Below are positions 35,101-46,221 of a stretch of 64,000 bases of DNA, piece by piece (the stretch's first letter is position 1; every line of letters begins with the position of its first letter). Position numbers and translations under genes: made by a program. Where the stretch lies: assembly GCA_004431415.1 (NCBI GenBank), contig QPMI01000610.1, positions 124,001-188,000 on the forward strand. The letters run 5' to 3'. Under the pieces are notes generated by a model that saw only the letters and a list, made by a program, of their open reading frames with translations, did not search any database and was not told the origin of the DNA. Origin of the DNA: Cyanophora paradoxa CCMP329. Lineage: Eukaryota; Plantae; Glaucophyta.

Positions 35101-38100
35101 GGACTCGCGATCGCGATCGTTCTGGGCCGCGTCGCGGTCGGGAATCGAGACCAGCGAGGAGACCGCCTGCGGGGGGAGGCGCTCCCGTCCCGCGCCTGCA
35201 GGCGGGCGATCGGCGCGGGCGAAGGCGCGGGGCGCGGGGCGCGGGCGCGGGCGCGGGGCGCGGGGCGCGGGGCGCGGGGGCGGACGAGGATGCGCTCGCG
35301 GCGGAGGGCGTCGAAGGCGGCGAGGACGGCGGCGAGGGGCGGGCCCGCCGGGTCGCACGCGTGCGCCGCCTCCGCCGTGAAGCCGGCCCCCAGCACCGCC
35401 GCCACCTTCGCCACCGACCGCACCTCCGCCGGCAGCGCGTCCGCCCGCGCCAGGATGATGCGCTCGATCTGCCCCCGCCGGCCCCGCTCGACGGCGCCGG
35501 TCGCGCGCGGGGCGGGCGGAGGGCCTCTGACCGTGTCGGGGATGTCGGAGGAGGACCCCACTTTGGGCTGGGCGCCCCCGGCAGCCTGCAGCGGCGTACG
35601 CGTCGGAGGCGCGCACAAAGACGGAGCGGGAGGCGGGAGCGGGGCGGGGCGGGGCGGGCGGCGACCTGCTGGCGGAAGAGCTCGACGAGGCTCAGCGGCA
35701 CGCCCTCCGCGCGCTCCACGATGGCGTCCAGCACCGCCTCCGGCCACTCCGCGCCGCCCCGAGCCGCCCCGCCAGCCCCTGCCTCGCGCTCGCGATCGGC
35801 CTGCGGCGCGCGCGGCTGGGCGGGGGCGCGCGCGGGCACGCACGGCGAGGAGGGCGGCGGCGGCGTCGCGCGAGAGGGCCCCAGGCGCAGCAGCGAGGCG
35901 CCGGCCGCCGGCCGCAGCCGCGGCAGCCGCGCCGACGCCGGCCGCGGCCACGCCACATCCCCCGCCCCGGCGCCGCCGGCCGCGAGAATCTCGCCGGCAG
36001 CGTCCGAGGCTTGGCCCGTGATGATGAGGAACTCGCGGGGCGGCGAGGCCATCGGCCGCTGCAGCGCCGGTCGTGAGGGCCTGCGGGGGCGGGGCGGGGC
36101 GGGGCGGGGCGGGGCGCACGGAGGAGAGGACGAGGAGGAGGCGGGGGCAGGCGTCGCGGAGGCAGCGGAGGGCAAACCAGGAGGCCGAGTCGGCCCAGTG
36201 CACGTCCTCCACGAACAGCGCCGTCGGCGGCGCCGGCGCGCTCGCGCCCGGCACCTCCGCCCCGTCCGACTCTGCCACCGGTGCCTCCAGCAGACTGCCG
36301 GCCGGTGCGGGCGGCTCGGACAACGCGGGGCGGAAACGCGCGCGAGTTCGGGGGCGGACCGGGCGAGGGCGTCGGCGATGCGGGCGACGCGGCTGAGGCC
36401 AACGAGTGCGAATGCGGCCGCGGCCTGCGAGCGGCGGCGGGGCCCGGGCCGCGACCCGCTCGAGGCCGGCGACGCCCACTCGAAGCCGTCCTCCCACGCG
36501 GCCGACCGGGAGCAGAGGAGCCGGCGGGGGTGTGCGGGTGGAGGGCGGAGACGAGGAGCGCCGCGTCCCGGGGCCCCGCGAGGCGGCGGCGGCAGAGCTC
36601 CGCCTCCAGCCCCGCGCCGCCGCCCGAGGCGGCCCCGGCAGGAGCGAGGCGAGGAGGCCCTGGAGGGCGGCGAGGGGCCGCCCCGCCGCGCCGGCGGGGG
36701 CGGCGGCGGCGAGGACGCGGACGCGCGGGCGGCGCAGAGGCGCTGCAGCTCGCGCATGAGGCGCGTCTTGCCGTAGCCGGCGTCGCCCTCCACCGCCAGC
36801 GTCCGCCCCCGGCCCTCCGCCACCAGCGCCTCGATCGCCTCGCGCCCCGCCGCCAGCTCCGCCTCCCTGCGCGCCCCCGCTCGTGCTCGCTCGTCGGACC
36901 GGCCGGGCGCGGCCGCGGGAGGCGCGGCGCACCGCCCCACGAGGGCCGCGAAGCGCGTGTTGCGCATGCTGCGCGCGGTGGGCGGGGGGAGCGGGGCGCG
37001 CGGGGACTCCGGGCCGGGGCGGGGGCGGGGCGAGGGAGGGCCGGCGGGAGGAGGCGGCGCTGGATCCGGAGGGCGCCGACGCCGCCTCCTCGTCGTCCCC
37101 CCCTCGTCGGCCGCGCAGGGGCGCGGGCGGCGGACGGGGACGGGCTGCTCGAAGCCCTTCGCCGCGATGTCGGGCAGCGCCTCGAAGCGCAGGCCGCTCC
37201 GGCCCCGCGCCCGCACCGCCGCCGCCACCGCCTCCGTGCAGAGCACCTCCTGCCGCGCCGGCGCGCCGCCGCCGCCGGGGCCGGGGCCGGGGCCGGGGGC
37301 GCGGGCGGGGGCCCCGAGCTCGAAGCTGGCGGGGGAAGCGGCGCCGATGGCGGCGCGGGCGGCGGAGAGGAGGCGGGAGGCGAGGGTGACGGCCTCGGAG
37401 ATGAGGGCCCACTCCTTCCTGCAGGGCGCCCCGAGCGGCCCGACGAACGCCCGCCCGCTCGCGATCTGCGAGCGGCGCATGCGCAGCGTTCGGCCGGCGA
37501 GGGCGGGCGGAGCGGGGGGGAGCGGGGGGAGGGGCGCACGGCGGCGGCGAAGGGGGCGCCGTCCTCCTCGAACCAGGCGCGCAGGTCGAGGGCGGCGCGC
37601 ACGGCGCGCGCCGCGTCGTCCTCGTGCGCCCTCACGCCGAACGCGACCAGCGCCACGCAGCCCTTGTCGTCTGCCGCCCGGGAGCGCGCGCCGTGAGCCG
37701 CCCCCGCCCGCGCAAGCACTGCTGTCTCGAGGGCGAGGGGCGAACCGACGACGATCTTGTTCACGTAGCCGCCGTGCGCCGACGCGGCGCCGTGCACGGT
37801 CCGCACGATCTGGCGAGGCGGGCGTCAGCGTTGAGCAGAGGCGGGGGCGGGGGGCCGGGGGGGCGCGCGAGGGCGAGGCGGGCGGGGTCGGGCTCCTCGA
37901 GGTCGTCGAGCTCGGGGAAGGCGCAGAAGAGCGCGAAGATGCCTCGCATGTCCCCCTCGAAGAGCCCGCCCCCCGGCGAGCCCCCTGCACACGCGCCTCG
38001 GCGCGAGGCCGGCCCCCGAGCCCGCGGGGCCGGCGGGGCGCACCGGCGGCGATGGCGCGGAGCTCGCGGGAGAAGGTGCCGAGGAGGGCGGCCGCCGAGG

Positions 38101-39195
38101 CCTCCCCTCGCGCTCCGGCGCCCCGCACCCGCAGCGCGCCCGTGGCCCGCCTCCCCGCCCGCTGCTCCGCCGGCAGGCCCGCCCGCCCCGCCCCGGGCGG
38201 CTGGCGAGGAGGAAGAGGGAGGGGAGTGTGGGAGGGGCGCGGCGGCGGGCCCGAGCTGGAGGAGGCGGGCGGCGGAGGCGGAGAGGACGACGTCGTCGCC
38301 GCGGCTCGCCCGCTGCGCCTCGCACGCCTCCAGCAGCGCCCGCCCCCCGAAGAGCACGCTCGCCGCCTGCGGCCCCGCCTGCAGCAGGTGCATCTCCAGC
38401 CGCCCGACCCCTGCGCGCGCCGCCCCGGCCCCCCGTGGGCCCCGGCCCGAGGCGGAGCGGAGCGGGGCAGCGGCTGGGCGCACCGAGGCCGGTGTGGGCG
38501 GCGAGGGAGATGCCATGGGCGGAGAAGGGGATGGCGCGGATGTCGAGGGCGGCGTGGAGGGCGCAGGCGGCGGCGTCAGCGAGGCTCCGGCCCGCCCCGA
38601 CGTCCTCCGGGATGAAGGCCATGATCGAGTCCCCTGCCGGCGCGCCGCCTCGGGCCCGGCGTGCGGGGGGCGCGGGGGGGCGCGAGGCCGAGATCTAGGA
38701 GAAGGAGAAGGAGGAGGCGCGCACCGCCGAAAAAGAGGACGCTGGCGCCGCGCCTGTGGAGGCACGCGACCAGCAGGCGGAAGTACCCGTTCAGCACGGA
38801 CGTCAGCTGCCGCCCCCGCGCCCCGCCCGCGTCAGCCGCGTCGCTTGGGGCGCAATCCAGATGGTACGCGGTAAGGCCCGTGCTGGGAGCTCACGCGTTC
38901 GGCGGCTTCGCTGCCAGATCTGGAGAGCTTGCTCAGCTCGACGCCCAGCTTGGAGAAACCCGTCACTGCGGGGCCCGCCGATGCGCGTGGGTCGCGATCG
39001 GAGCGCGCGCGCGCGCGGTCGGGCCGCCGCGCGCATGCGCATGGGCGGACGGGGCGGACCGTCGACGAAGATGGCGGCGCCGTGGAACTCCTTGAGGACG
39101 CCGCCGGCCTCCAGCACGCCGGCCCGCAGCGCGCCCATCTGCTCGCACGCCTCCGCCAGGAGCAGCCGAGGCACGTACAGGAGCAGGTCGTTCAT
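32153..39195 (-). CDS. Soluble adenylyl cyclase (ADCY10)-like protein: tandem class III cyclase domains + STAND AAA ATPase + helical/TPR tail
   Basis: LLLYVPRL, FVDVTGFSKL, LNGYFRLL, FFGGDSIMAF, GGYVNKIVV-DDKG, HEDDAARAVRAAL, SGRAFVGPLGAPCRKEW, LVGREAEL, Walker A EGDAGYGKTRL, Walker B FVEDVHWADSASW and GVPLSLVEL. Confidence 0.82.
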
Positions 39196-40306
39196 GGCGA
39201 AGGCGGGGCGGCCCCGCGCGCTGCAGCTAGCGCCGCGGCTCGTACTGTGCGTCACGCGCACGGTGCTGTCGCGATCAGCTTCGCAGCTGCAGGCATGCTA
39301 GCGATCGTCCGGTCCTCAGCTGCAGCGTTGGCTGATGCATATGCTAGCTATAGCGCTGAAATCTAAGTACGATGGAAGATGGAAGCTGACGGGCGGGCCG
39401 CCGCCTGGGCCTGCGCTGACATGTCCATCGCCAGGCATATGCATGGGCATGGCGCGCGGCTAGCTACAGCCACAGCAGACGCCTCCCGCCATGGCGAGCG
39501 CCCCGCGCGCAGGTGCGCGGCGCGTGCGCGTGCGCGTCCAGCGCCAATCCCTCCGGTCCGACGGTCGCTCACGTCCGCACCGGCGCACTCCAGTCCTAGA
39601 CCTCCAGGGCACTCAGAGGCTCTGATCCGCGCTCCGACAGCAGGCGCGCTCGGCAGATCGATCGACGCACGCGCCGCGGCGCGCGCAACTTCAGGCTGGA
39701 CGTCGACCGCATGCGCACCGATCGGAAGTGCCGCGCGCGTTCGCGCAACGTGGGTTACGTGGCACGCCGCACGCGCGGGCCGCCGCGGCGCCGGGCCTGG
39801 GCCCTGGGGCCGGGGGAGCCGGGGCCGCGCCGCTCCGACTCCCAATGGCAAGTTGCCAAGTTGGCAACTGGCAACTTGAACGGTAAAGTTGAACCTGAAC
39901 TTGGTCCTGAAGGAACTTCGGAATTACCGTACCCCGGGCAGTTTGATTTATATATCCGGCGCGCCGCGCGGCGGCGCGGCCCGCGCGGGGCGCCGGGGGC
40001 CGGAGCCCGGCCGCGCGGCGGGGACCCGGAATCATCCACGTCATAGGTGTGACGTCACCGAACTCACTCCGACAACCGAACGTTAACGTTAAGGTTCAAC
40101 GGTTGACTCGGCGCCGGCGGCGGAGACTCGGAGGCAGCGAGAGAGTCGGCGGCGACTCGGCGCCGCGGCCCGGCCCGGCGGCCGCCGGGCGCTGATCGTG
40201 CCAGCGGCGTGACACAGTGATGGCGACGTGATCATGAGGCTGATCCATGACATGAGCTCGAGCTCGAGCTCGCGAGTCGACGTCGCTGACCGTCGGACCG
40301 TCGGAC

Positions 40307-40606
40307 TGTCGCGTGCGGGATTAGTGGTAAAGCACGCGGGGAGGCTCCCGGTCGAGCGTGGCTCGACGGGGCTCAGTGGATCACGAGGGATCGCTGTCGC
40401 TTCTGTAGTATTGCAAGTAACACTGTATCCCTAATGAATGAGGTGTACCCGGACAGGCCCGGCGTACCCGTATTAGCTATAATAAGAGCTGGCCGAGGCG
40501 TACTGACGCCGACGTCGGCCCTAGCAGCACGTAGGCTGCACTAGCAACTAGCAGCACGAAGGCTGCGCTATCTAGCTCCGCATGCACGATAATCATGCAT
40601 GCGACA
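40307..40606 (-). repeat. 3' LTR (300 bp)
   Basis: Direct repeat of 45463-45762, with TG...CA ends and terminal inverted TGTCGC/GCGACA. Confidence 0.95.
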
Positions 40607-40618
40607 ACTCCTCCACTC
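40607..40618 (-). other. Polypurine tract of the LTR element
   Basis: Minus strand GAGTGGAGGAGT immediately precedes the 3' LTR. Confidence 0.65.
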
Positions 40619-43435
40619 GGAAGGCCACGTCCTCGTGGGCTAAGTACCACGGAAATCTCTAAAAGCAAGCATATTTACAAGGTTTCGCGGCAGGACACTG
40701 CCGGGAATAAAAGACTTGAAGCCATATTTACAGAATCCGCGAATTTCGCGCACGCCGGCGGCTCGACTGCCGGGAATTGAAAATAGACGAGTGGCCGGCT
40801 ACTGCCGGGAATTGAAGAAGACCGCTGGTCGGTAGCTATAGGGCTATTCACATCGCTAAATCATCGAATCTCTAAATCAAAGCCAAGATCTAGATCTGAT
40901 TATATAAATCATTTACCAAATTCTAAATGTAAAACTGAGTCAAGGGGGCGGCAATGGGCCGCAAATAATCGTCCGTCTCCGGCCCAGCGGGCCAAGGTCA
41001 AGCTTCAAGGCTTCGAGCCGGCGGCTCAAGGGGATGAGGAATTGGTATGTACATTGGATGTCTTTCCACAGCGGGCTCTCGCCCAGATGCCATGCAAGCA
41101 CCGCGAGAGCACGCCGCAGATGCGAACGCGAAAGAGCAGCGCGAGGCGACGTGGCGCGCAGGCAGCGCACGGCCCCCTCCGGTGTGCCCCCCAACCGCGA
41201 CGCGGTCGAGTGACCCAAGTGCGAGCTGCGCTGAGCTCCACCCAGGCGAGCACCCCTTAGGCTCTCGCAGTGGTGAAGTACAGGTAATCGGATCGGCGGG
41301 GATTCAACCGTGCCGACGAGGATAGAGCCGGCTCTAGGACCGGGTACCGCTCACAAGAGTGCATTCCGGGTTGGCCGCACGCGGCGCCGGGCACCCCTGC
41401 CCGACCCCGTGACTTCGGTCGATACCAAGGGAGAAGAGCCAGCTTCAGGCGTCCCCGACGTGGATTCTCATGCATGAGAGTCGTTGAGCTCTCGTCGTCG
41501 CGCACGGACCTTGAGCCGGCCGACCGCCCATTCGCTGGGACTTCGATTCAGGATAGGGCCCAGGGGTCGTTTAGCCCCGTCGCGCCGTTCTCGTCAGGAA
41601 CGCGCCAAGATCGGGGTCGTCGAGCCCCGTCGCTCACTATGGGCGGAGGGCAAGTCTGCCCGTCGCGTCGCTCGACGTCGAGTCGAAGCGCGCCGCCTGG
41701 ATGCCAACTGAACGGGCGTCCCCAGGACTTCATTCGCTCACGATGGGCGGGGCGATAATGCCCGTCACACGCTCGGCTCAGGGCCGCAGCGCGCCGCCTG
41801 GATGCCAACTCGGCGGGCGTTACCAGGACTCAGTGACTTGAATTCAATTGCAATGAATTCATAAACGCCAAGCTCGCAATGGAGCCGTCGCTGCGCCAGG
41901 CTCGGGGCCAGTGCCAGCGGCCTGACCGTCTCGCGGAGCGCGCCGCGGGCCAGGACTTTGCTTCGGGCTCGAGCTTTCGAGGGCACCATGGCCTCAGGCT
42001 CGCCCTTCTTTGGAGCTCGGAGGCTCACAAATTTTGCAGGGGCTCGAGAGGCCGCCTGTCAAGCTCACGACGCGCGGCCAAGCGCTGGGCCAGGCGTCTC
42101 GCGATCGCCTCGGGCGTCGCGATCGAGCTTTCTTTGAGAGTGCATCCCGAGCTCGGGGCCCGCGGATCACGTCTCGTATCGCGAGGGCATCTGGGCCGCT
42201 CGCCTGGAGCGCTTCAGCTCCAGCGCGCGATGGGGCCAAGGGCCGCATCTTTCAGCGCACTCGTCGTCATGATCAGCTCCCTAGCGCAGGCTGAGAGCCT
42301 CGCTGGGGCTCGACGGAGCAGCGTGCAGCGGGCACGGGCCTTGGGCCGCGGCCTCTTGCTTTCAGCACGTGCGAAGGCAGCTTCCTGCCGCAGACTCTCG
42401 GGCCTTGCGGAATCCGGAGCTCCTTGCGATTTCAATTCAATGATTTGCATGAGACGGGGCCATGAGGCTCCTCGCCCATCGTCAGCTCTCTTGTGCGGGC
42501 CGCGACTTGCGAGCCTCGTTGGAGCTTTTATTGCAGCGTGAGGCGGGCTGCAGGCCCAGCCCCCCTCAGCTCACGTTTGAGCTCGAGCTTGGCTCGCCGA
42601 AGCTCGCAATCGATATCGGCAGCGCTAGCCTGGCATGGGGGCCGTCGGCCTCGCATTCACGCTTGGCTGCAGCTCGCCCGACTGGGCCCGGGGTGTGCAA
42701 GAACGCCCGCCCGCTACGGCTCGGAGGCCGATCACGGCGTTCATCAGGGGGTCCGCTAGAGGGACTCCTCCTCTCGGAAGACTGACACCCGCGGCAGCAG
42801 CCGAGCCGCCCGGTGGGGTGTGTACCGGCGTGCCTCATGATCAGGGCGTCGGGCCGCCTCTTCAGCGAGCTCTAGGGCTCGCTTCGCGACTCGGCGAGAG
42901 AGGATGGACTCCTCCTCTCGGAAGACTTGTGCCCTCCCAGAGGGGTACGCGATGCTCGGTTTCGCGCTGAGGGCGAACCGGATGCCAATATTTACAAATA
43001 TTTACAAATTTACAAGGGGCTCATCATGATCACGTGCTCACACACAGCTGGCTGCGCGAGATGTGCACCAGGGCCCACTCACAATATTAATCGCGAGAGG
43101 AAGGAAGGACTCCTCCTCTCGGAAAGCGCTGTACCCGTCGCTAGGGTACGGCCGGCCCAGGTCAGGCCTCGGGAGGCGCGAGCTCAATTGCAAGCTTAAG
43201 GCTCGTCAGCTCACTCCTCTTCTCGGAAAACGTCGTCCCCGACGTCAAGAGTTTATGTACAAATGTACAAATGTACAGCCCGCTCATGGCAGGTATACTG
43301 GCCGCTATATTACAGCGACACGCCGGCACTTTCGCAGAAGGCCGGGGGCTGGCAAAGAATTGCGCGGTGCTTCGCGAAAATTTTGCAGGGCCTTGCTCTG
43401 GCGGCTGCCCAGGCCGGCCAGGCCCAACGAGAATT

Positions 43436-44030
43436 TTACTCGGCCTCGGGGGCAGGCGCCGGCAGGGCCAGAGGGGCCTTGCCCTTGGCACGAGTCGGCG
43501 GGTCGGGGCAGGCACTGTGGTGGTGCCCAGCTTCGCCGCAGCGACCGCAGACCTCGTTTGCCACTTCATCCTCATACTCGTCGTTGTATGAGTCGTCGTA
43601 CGATTCGTCGTACGCATCAGCTGGGGCACCCGCCCGGTCATTCCGCACCCAAGGGTGGCGGGGGGCGTGGGGGGGGCGCTTCGGGCAAAGGAAAGCCCAG
43701 TGAAGGCGCTTCGAGGCTGGAACACTGGGGTCGCCAGCACAGTTCCAGCACTCAGCCGGAGGGTACTGAGGGTACCCGAGCTCAGCCATGCGCTGCATCA
43801 CAGCAGCCAGGGCATCTGGCGAGCTAGACTGCACGGCCCAAGAGGACCCATGTGCAGAAACGAGGGACCGGGCCTCGCGCTCAGCTGCAGGAGGGGGGTC
43901 ACGCCCAGCCTCAGCAGGAGCCGCGGCTGCAGCTGCAGGCTTCACAGCCTTAATTGGCGTGGCATCCGTGTCGCCGGCATACGGCGGAGCCTTGAAGCCG
44001 GCCGGCCCTTGGAGCGCTTTGCCGAGGGCT
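43436..44030 (-). CDS. Nucleocapsid-like ORF with CCHC zinc knuckle (C-terminal part of Gag, different frame from the upstream ORF)
   Basis: VCGRCGEAGHHHSACP (CX2CX4HX4C) plus an expanded CWNC...HWAFLC knuckle. The frame is open from about 44030 with no ATG at its start. Confidence 0.7.
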
Positions 44031-44982
44031 CAGTCTCCTGGGACGGCTCCTGCAGCAGGCGCACGGTCCGGCGACCGTGGCGGTCGCACTGCTCCTCGAA
44101 AATCCGCTCAGCACGCAGGGGAGTGAGCTCAGCCCCAAAACGCGCGAACTCGCCGCGAAGTTCCTGCAGAATGTACGTCATCGTATTCTCATTCTGGCGA
44201 GCGCCGATCGAAGCGCGAACTTCGTAGTTGTCATACTGCGGGTCGAGCCCGGTCTGACGGCGCGAGAGAGCGTTCCCAATCACAGTGATCAAGTGCTCAG
44301 CGTATGATTTGCCCGCGGGGCGCGTGTGGCGCACGTGCGGGGCGATCCAGTTCACCCACGTCAGCGGGTCTTCGCCCGTGTACGCAGCGGTGATCGCGGC
44401 CTCAGCGACGTGGGGCAGGCCCTTCGTCACGCGCGCAATGATGTACTTCGCAACGCCCGGAGCGCGCTGGAAGCTATTGCGGCCCTCAGCGATCTCGGCC
44501 TCGAGACGCGTGATTGCATTCTCGAGTTGCAGGATCTCGGCCTCGGTCTCAGGGAGCCGGGCCTCGATAGGCAAGGCAGTCAGCACGGCCAGCCGCGCGC
44601 GCTTGCTGGCAAGGTATTCTTTAGTCTCTTCCAGCTGGTCACGCATGCGCTGCATCTGGGAGCGCAGCGAGCCCTTGCAGAGCTGCGAGACCATGAAGCC
44701 GCCAAGAGCTTCAACCTTGGTCCAGTTGTCTCCCTCGGGCTCATACGCATACTTATGCGCCTGAGTGGAGACGAAAGTGCTAATCTGCTGGCGCCACTCA
44801 TCGACTTCGTCGATGGTAGGGTTCGCAGACAGCGGAGTGATGGAGGGCAAGCCCTTCGCATCAACTGCGGGCGCCGCAGCAGTCATCTGCTGAACGGACA
44901 CGCCACTCACAGGCGCGGTCGAGTTGAGTGCGATCATGCGATCACGCTCACTCGCCGGCAGCTCAACTGGAAGCCGCGACAT
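43942..44982 (-). CDS. gag: Gag-like protein, 346 aa, intronless
   Basis: First long ORF downstream of the 5' LTR/PBS, with a natural-looking helical, coiled-coil-containing sequence, directly upstream of the zinc-knuckle ORF. Gag identity is inferred from position. Confidence 0.6.
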   Translation of the reverse strand: MSRLPVELPASERDRMIALNSTAPVSGVSVQQMTAAAPAVDAKGLPSITPLSANPTIDEVDEWRQQISTFVSTQAHKYAYEPEGDNWTKVEALGGFMVSQLCKGSLRSQMQRMRDQLEETKEYLASKRARLAVLTALPIEARLPETEAEILQLENAITRLEAEIAEGRNSFQRAPGVAKYIIARVTKGLPHVAEAAITAAYTGEDPLTWVNWIAPHVRHTRPAGKSYAEHLITVIGNALSRRQTGLDPQYDNYEVRASIGARQNENTMTYILQELRGEFARFGAELTPLRAERIFEEQCDRHGRRTVRLLQEPSQETEPSAKRSKGRPASRLRRMPATRMPRQLRL

Positions 44983-45446
44983 GGCAGGCTCTCACAGTGG
45001 CAAGTACAAGGCAGATCAAATTTGAGCTCGAAGCTCTTTGAGGCCGAGTCGCCGCGTAAAACGCGGGATTTCGACGGCACAGACGACGATATGTTGCTAG
45101 CGCAACACACCGGAGCACAATCCAGGCTCGCAGGCCAGGGATCGGCGATGGCACAAAGTTGCCCTCGAGGGGAACTTCGGCGGCTCGACGCGCACGAGGG
45201 CGGTCGGCTCTAGCGCGGCGCGCGGCCGGCTCTTCAGCACGCAGGGCAAGAGTTCCGGTAAAGAACTCAAGCCAGCCAGTCTCCGGGGTCACCGGAGCGC
45301 AGGCTCTCACTTTTCGGCACCCGGGGTAACCGGTTGCGTACTGTGAGCAGACGGCTGGGAATGTCACTACGATGCTACGGTGCGCGTGCGCGGCGCGCGC
45401 GAAGGCGGGATCGCGAGCGACCCGACCTGACCCTTAAAGATTCAGC

Positions 45447-45462
45447 TCCGAGCAGTGGCGCC
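45447..45462 (-). other. Candidate primer-binding site
   Basis: GGCGCCACTGCTCGGA directly follows the 5' LTR. It resembles the complement of a tRNA 3' end (...GGCGCCA) lacking the first T; the tRNA is not identified. Confidence 0.45.
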
Positions 45463-45762
45463 TGTCGCGTGCGGGATTAGTGGTAAAGCACGCGGGGAGG
45501 CTCCCGGTCGAGCGTGGCTCGACGGGGCTCAGTGGATCACGAGGGATCGCTGTCGCTTCTGTAGTATTGCAAGTAACACTGTATCCCTAATGAATGAGGT
45601 GTACCCGGACAGGCCCGGCGTACCCGTATTAGCTATAATAAGAGCTGGCCGAGGCGTACTGACGCCGACGTCGGCCCTAGCAGCACGTAGGCTGCACTAG
45701 CAACTAGCAGCACGAAGGCTGCGCTATCTAGCTCCGCATGCACGATAATCATGCATGCGACA
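45463..45762 (-). repeat. 5' LTR (300 bp)
   Basis: Direct repeat of 40307-40606. Confidence 0.95.
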
Positions 45763-46221
45763 CGGACGTGACATGGATATGTCCCCATGATATCGATGTC
45801 CGACGCCGTGACGCGACGGTACCGGTGGGGGTCCATCGATATCATTGTACTGGTATCACCGTACCGGATCGGATGGCAGAGTGCAGGCGGTGCCATGGCC
45901 ACTGTTGCCACCGCGGCCGGACTGTACATGTGGGCCTGTGTGGCAGGCATGCGCACCGCTACCGGCCCCCTTTAACTTTAGGGCCCCTTAAAGGCTCGCG
46001 ATCGCAAGTTGCAATTGGGCCCTTACGCATGCGGAGGGAGCTCGAGGGCCCGCGCCGTCCGGGCCCGCCCCGCGGCCGGCCGGAGCCTGGCCGGCGCCCG
46101 GAGGTCCGACGAATTCGAAAGGCCGCTGGAGCCAACGTATGCCGGTACCGGTACCGGTACCACAATTCAATGCAAGGCGGAGCGCTAGCTGGCTAGCTAG
46201 CGCTCCCGATCCAGATCTAGT

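Larger units (their letters stand above)
40307..45762 (-). mobile_element. Non-autonomous gag-only LTR retrotransposon (5456 bp), recent insertion
   Basis: Two 300-bp LTRs, identical by eye, with TGTCGC...GCGACA termini. 5-bp TSD CGGAC at 40302-40306 and 45763-45767. Gag-like ORF and zinc knuckle on the minus strand; no RT/integrase/protease motifs found. Confidence 0.92.

Noticed and set aside
34449-38128. Very long Arg/Pro/Gly/Ala-rich ORFs (987, 1048 aa) and similar ORFs elsewhere
   Set aside because: They result from stop-codon scarcity at high GC and read through introns; only short segments match real exons.
40307-40606. Hammerhead ribozyme (retrozyme) in the LTR
   Set aside because: No CTGANGA...GAAA core with flanking stems was found by eye.
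40620-43430. pol or env gene in the LTR element
   Set aside because: No D(S/T)G protease, YxDD RT or HHCC/DDE integrase motifs are recognisable in the ORF track.
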